A stretch of DNA of 35,129 bases from Chiloscyllium plagiosum (Eukaryota). A model generated the notes under the pieces. That model saw nothing but the letters and a program-made list of their open reading frames with translations. It was not told where the DNA came from and ran no database searches. The position numbers and the translations under genes are program-made. The first letter of the stretch is position 1; each line of letters starts with the position of its first letter. The stretch lies in contig NC_057757.1 in assembly GCF_004010195.1 (NCBI RefSeq), forward strand, positions 6,097,980-6,133,108, read 5' to 3'. Positions 32,610 through 35,129 of this stretch are shown one piece after another.

Positions 32610-33365
32610 GTAGGGCTTTGGGTAGCACTGTAGAACAGAGAGACCGAGGTGCGTAATTCTTTGAAATTTGCGTCACAGGTAGACAGGCTGGTTAAGAAGA
32701 CATTTAGCAGGCCAGCCTCCATTACTCAGACTTTTGAGTACAGGAGCTGGGACATCATGTTAAGGTTATACAGGTTGATGAAGCCTCTTCTGTGTCCAGT
32801 CCTGGTTGCCCTGTTATAGTGAAGATATTAGTAAGCCGGAGAGGGCTCAGGAAAGATTTATCTGGATGTTGCCGGGAATGAAGGGCTTGAATTATAAGGA
32901 GAGGCTGGATGGGCTGGGACTTTTCTCATTGGGCCATTGGAGGTTGCATCATCCAATGACAAAGAGTCAAAGAGTTGTACAGCACAGAAACAGATCCTTC
33001 GGTCCAACCACTCCACGCCCACCATAATCTCAACCCACCTGCCTGCTCCTGGCCCATACCCTTTCAAACCTTTCCTATTCATGCACTTAAACAAATGTCT
33101 TTCAAACGTTGTAACTGTACCCGCATCCACCACTTCCTCAGGGAGTTCATTCCACACACGATCCACTCTCTATGTGAAACAGTTGCCTTCATTGTCTTTT
33201 TATACCTCTCTCTTCTCACCTTAAAAGTACACCCCCTTGTCTTGAAATCCCCCACCCTAGGGAAAAGGCACCTACGATTAAGTGAAACTATACCCCTCAT
33301 GATTTTATAATCCTCTACAAGGTGACCTGTCAACCTCCTGTGCTTCAAGGAAAAAAGTCCCAAGC
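32610..33365. mobile_element. Two opposed CR1 fragments (+ about 32610-32946; - about 32962-33365)
   Basis: + strand ERFIWMLPGMKGLNYKERLDGLGLFSL; - strand GLFSLKHRRLTGHLVEDYKIMRG running to the 3' tail. Confidence 0.8.
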
Positions 33366-34434
33366 TCTCCTGCTAACTCGCGTCCCACGATGACTCTGGA
33401 GCTGCTTGTCCAAGAGTGTAGCAAACTGTGGCTCTCGTTTTAACAGTGCTGAGGGTTAGCCCTGGGCTGTGGCTCAATCCAGGGGACCGAGTGAGGTACC
33501 CAGGTTGTGCAGAGCAACTGGTCTGATGAGGCGTGTGTTCAGGTGTATGAGTGTGCCTCCTTAGTCTTTGTCCCTGTTGAAGAGGAAGAGACGAATAGGA
33601 AAGTGGCCATTCGATCCCTCGAGCCTATTCCAGCATTTAATTGGATCTGCAGTCCCAACTCACTCTTACACCCTTTGGTCCACAATACAATCATTGAAAG
33701 TTCGTGGCATGGCAAGACGCCACAGACATCATGTCTGCACGGCCAAGAAACAAGTCACCCAGCACTTTTCAATGTATTGACCGTAGGCCTGTATGTTGCA
33801 ACACTTGGGTACATATCTGTAGAGGTGTGATTCCCCCCAACAGGGACAAAGACTAAGGAGGCAAACAGGATTCAAGCAAGTAGTGGACTTTGATTCAAGC
33901 AAAGGCGGGTGCAGGGAGAGGGCCAAAGGATCTTTCCTGAATCTGGCTTCGACATGAAAACACAATTGTTTTCTTAATCTTCAGCTAGGATCAGAAGAGA
34001 GATCACGGACACATTCAGATTTTACAATAAAAAACCGTATTTGTATATATTTTGTGTTACAATGAATATACACGTGGTTACTGTACTCTCCCCTTCCCTT
34101 CTGTGGGACCAAACTTGTAAAACACCTCATTAATGATGGACACTCCTAGGACAGCCCGAGGTTCTGAGCTATTTCTAATGATATTTAACAATTATGGTAA
34201 TCTCTTGGCCTTGGGAGCTTTCTAGGTTACGGCACTTGAGATACATATCTAAATGAGTTGAGAGTTACTGCTTTGATGATCAGCCCACCTCCCCCCGCCC
34301 CCTCCCGCACCCCCTTCTGGCAGTGAATTCCAGACCCCGACCACACTATGGGTGAAAAGATTATTCCTCATCTCCCCACTAATCCTTCTACCAATCATTT
34401 CAAAGCACTTCCCTGGACACCCAACAAAAATTTA

Positions 34435-34570
34435 ACAAAATGAAACAAAGAACTGCGGATGCCAGATTTCCAAAAACAGAAACAGAAATTACTGGAGAAA
34501 CTCAGCAGGTCTGGCAGCATCTCTGGAGAGAAAGCAGAGTTAATGTTTCGAGTCCAGTGACACATCTTCC
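34435..34570 (-). mobile_element. Penelope-like 3' terminal fragment
   Basis: ctggagaaactcagcaggtctggcagcatct...gagttaatgtttcg resembles the other PLE termini; hammerhead core decayed. Confidence 0.65.
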
Positions 34571-34945
34571 ATAAAAGTTAAAGTTCTTAACTTGAGTAAG
34601 GCAAATGTTAATGCTATAAGTCAGTGTCGGAGAAATTAGCCCAACAATGCAGAGACCACACAAACCAGAGCTTGAAATTGACAAGCTGTTCATTACAAGC
34701 TATATGGCTGGAAGAGAAATTGACTAGACTGACCCAGAACTGACAGTCTGCACAGGTAGATCAAGAGTTCTCTTCTTCCAGCTGAGGGTGAAGCCAGGTT
34801 TTATAGGAGTCTTGTACAATAAGGTTAATTAGAAATGGGGAAAGATACAATGTGTTTGGAAATGGAGTAATCCAGTTACAATAATGATAATTGAAAAACA
34901 GCTATCGGAAGAATGTCCCGAATCCCAATACAATGCAACATCCTG

Positions 34946-35129
34946 AAGGATAGAAAGGGAGGCAAGAGAGGAGGGGGGGTGGCATTTTTGATAAGGTATA
35001 GCATTACAGCTGTGCTGAGGGAGGATATTCCCGGAAATACAGCCAGGGAAGTTATTTGGGTGGAACTGAGAAATAAGAAAGGGATGATTACCTTATTGGG
35101 ATTGTATTATAGACCCCCCAATGGTCAGA
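34946..35129 (+). mobile_element. CR1 ORF2 AP-endonuclease region, continuing beyond the window
   Basis: Open frame KDRKGGKRGGGVAFLIR...EVIWVELRNKKGMITLLGLYYRPPNGQ (GGGVA and YRPP motifs). Confidence 0.88.

Noticed and set aside
34625..34900. Possible solo LTR on the minus strand (TATAAAA at about 34799-34805)
   Set aside because: No second LTR, PBS, PPT or TSD identifiable.
25900..35129. A second host gene downstream of the stop codon
   Set aside because: No exon-like segment with both splice signals and a recognisable domain was found; the ORFs are repeat-derived or unremarkable.

Overview
Eukaryotic, repeat-dense genomic DNA. Its SINE/LINE/Penelope content looks like that of a cartilaginous fish, probably a shark (an inference from repeat families). 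The + strand carries the last 8 coding exons (496-25440) of a zonadhesin-like type I membrane protein. All introns are GT-AG with compatible phases, giving about 363 aa: linker-C8-TIL-TILa-EGF-EGF-TM-cytoplasmic tail; the 5' part of the gene lies upstream of the window. Introns and the 3' flank are filled with V-domain tRNA-SINEs (HE1-like), a second tRNA-SINE family, CR1-clade LINE fragments, three DNA-transposon MITEs and fragments of several Penelope-like families. The most notable hidden signals are more than ten minimal hammerhead-ribozyme motifs in Penelope termini (several with intact cores, one sense to the pre-mRNA), nested Penelope inverted repeats, a 52-bp minisatellite born inside a SINE and then segmentally duplicated, and Notch-type glycosylation consensus sites plus an NPxF tail on the host protein. 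I see no evidence for a wholly new biological system. Repeat boundaries are approximate and were read by eye.
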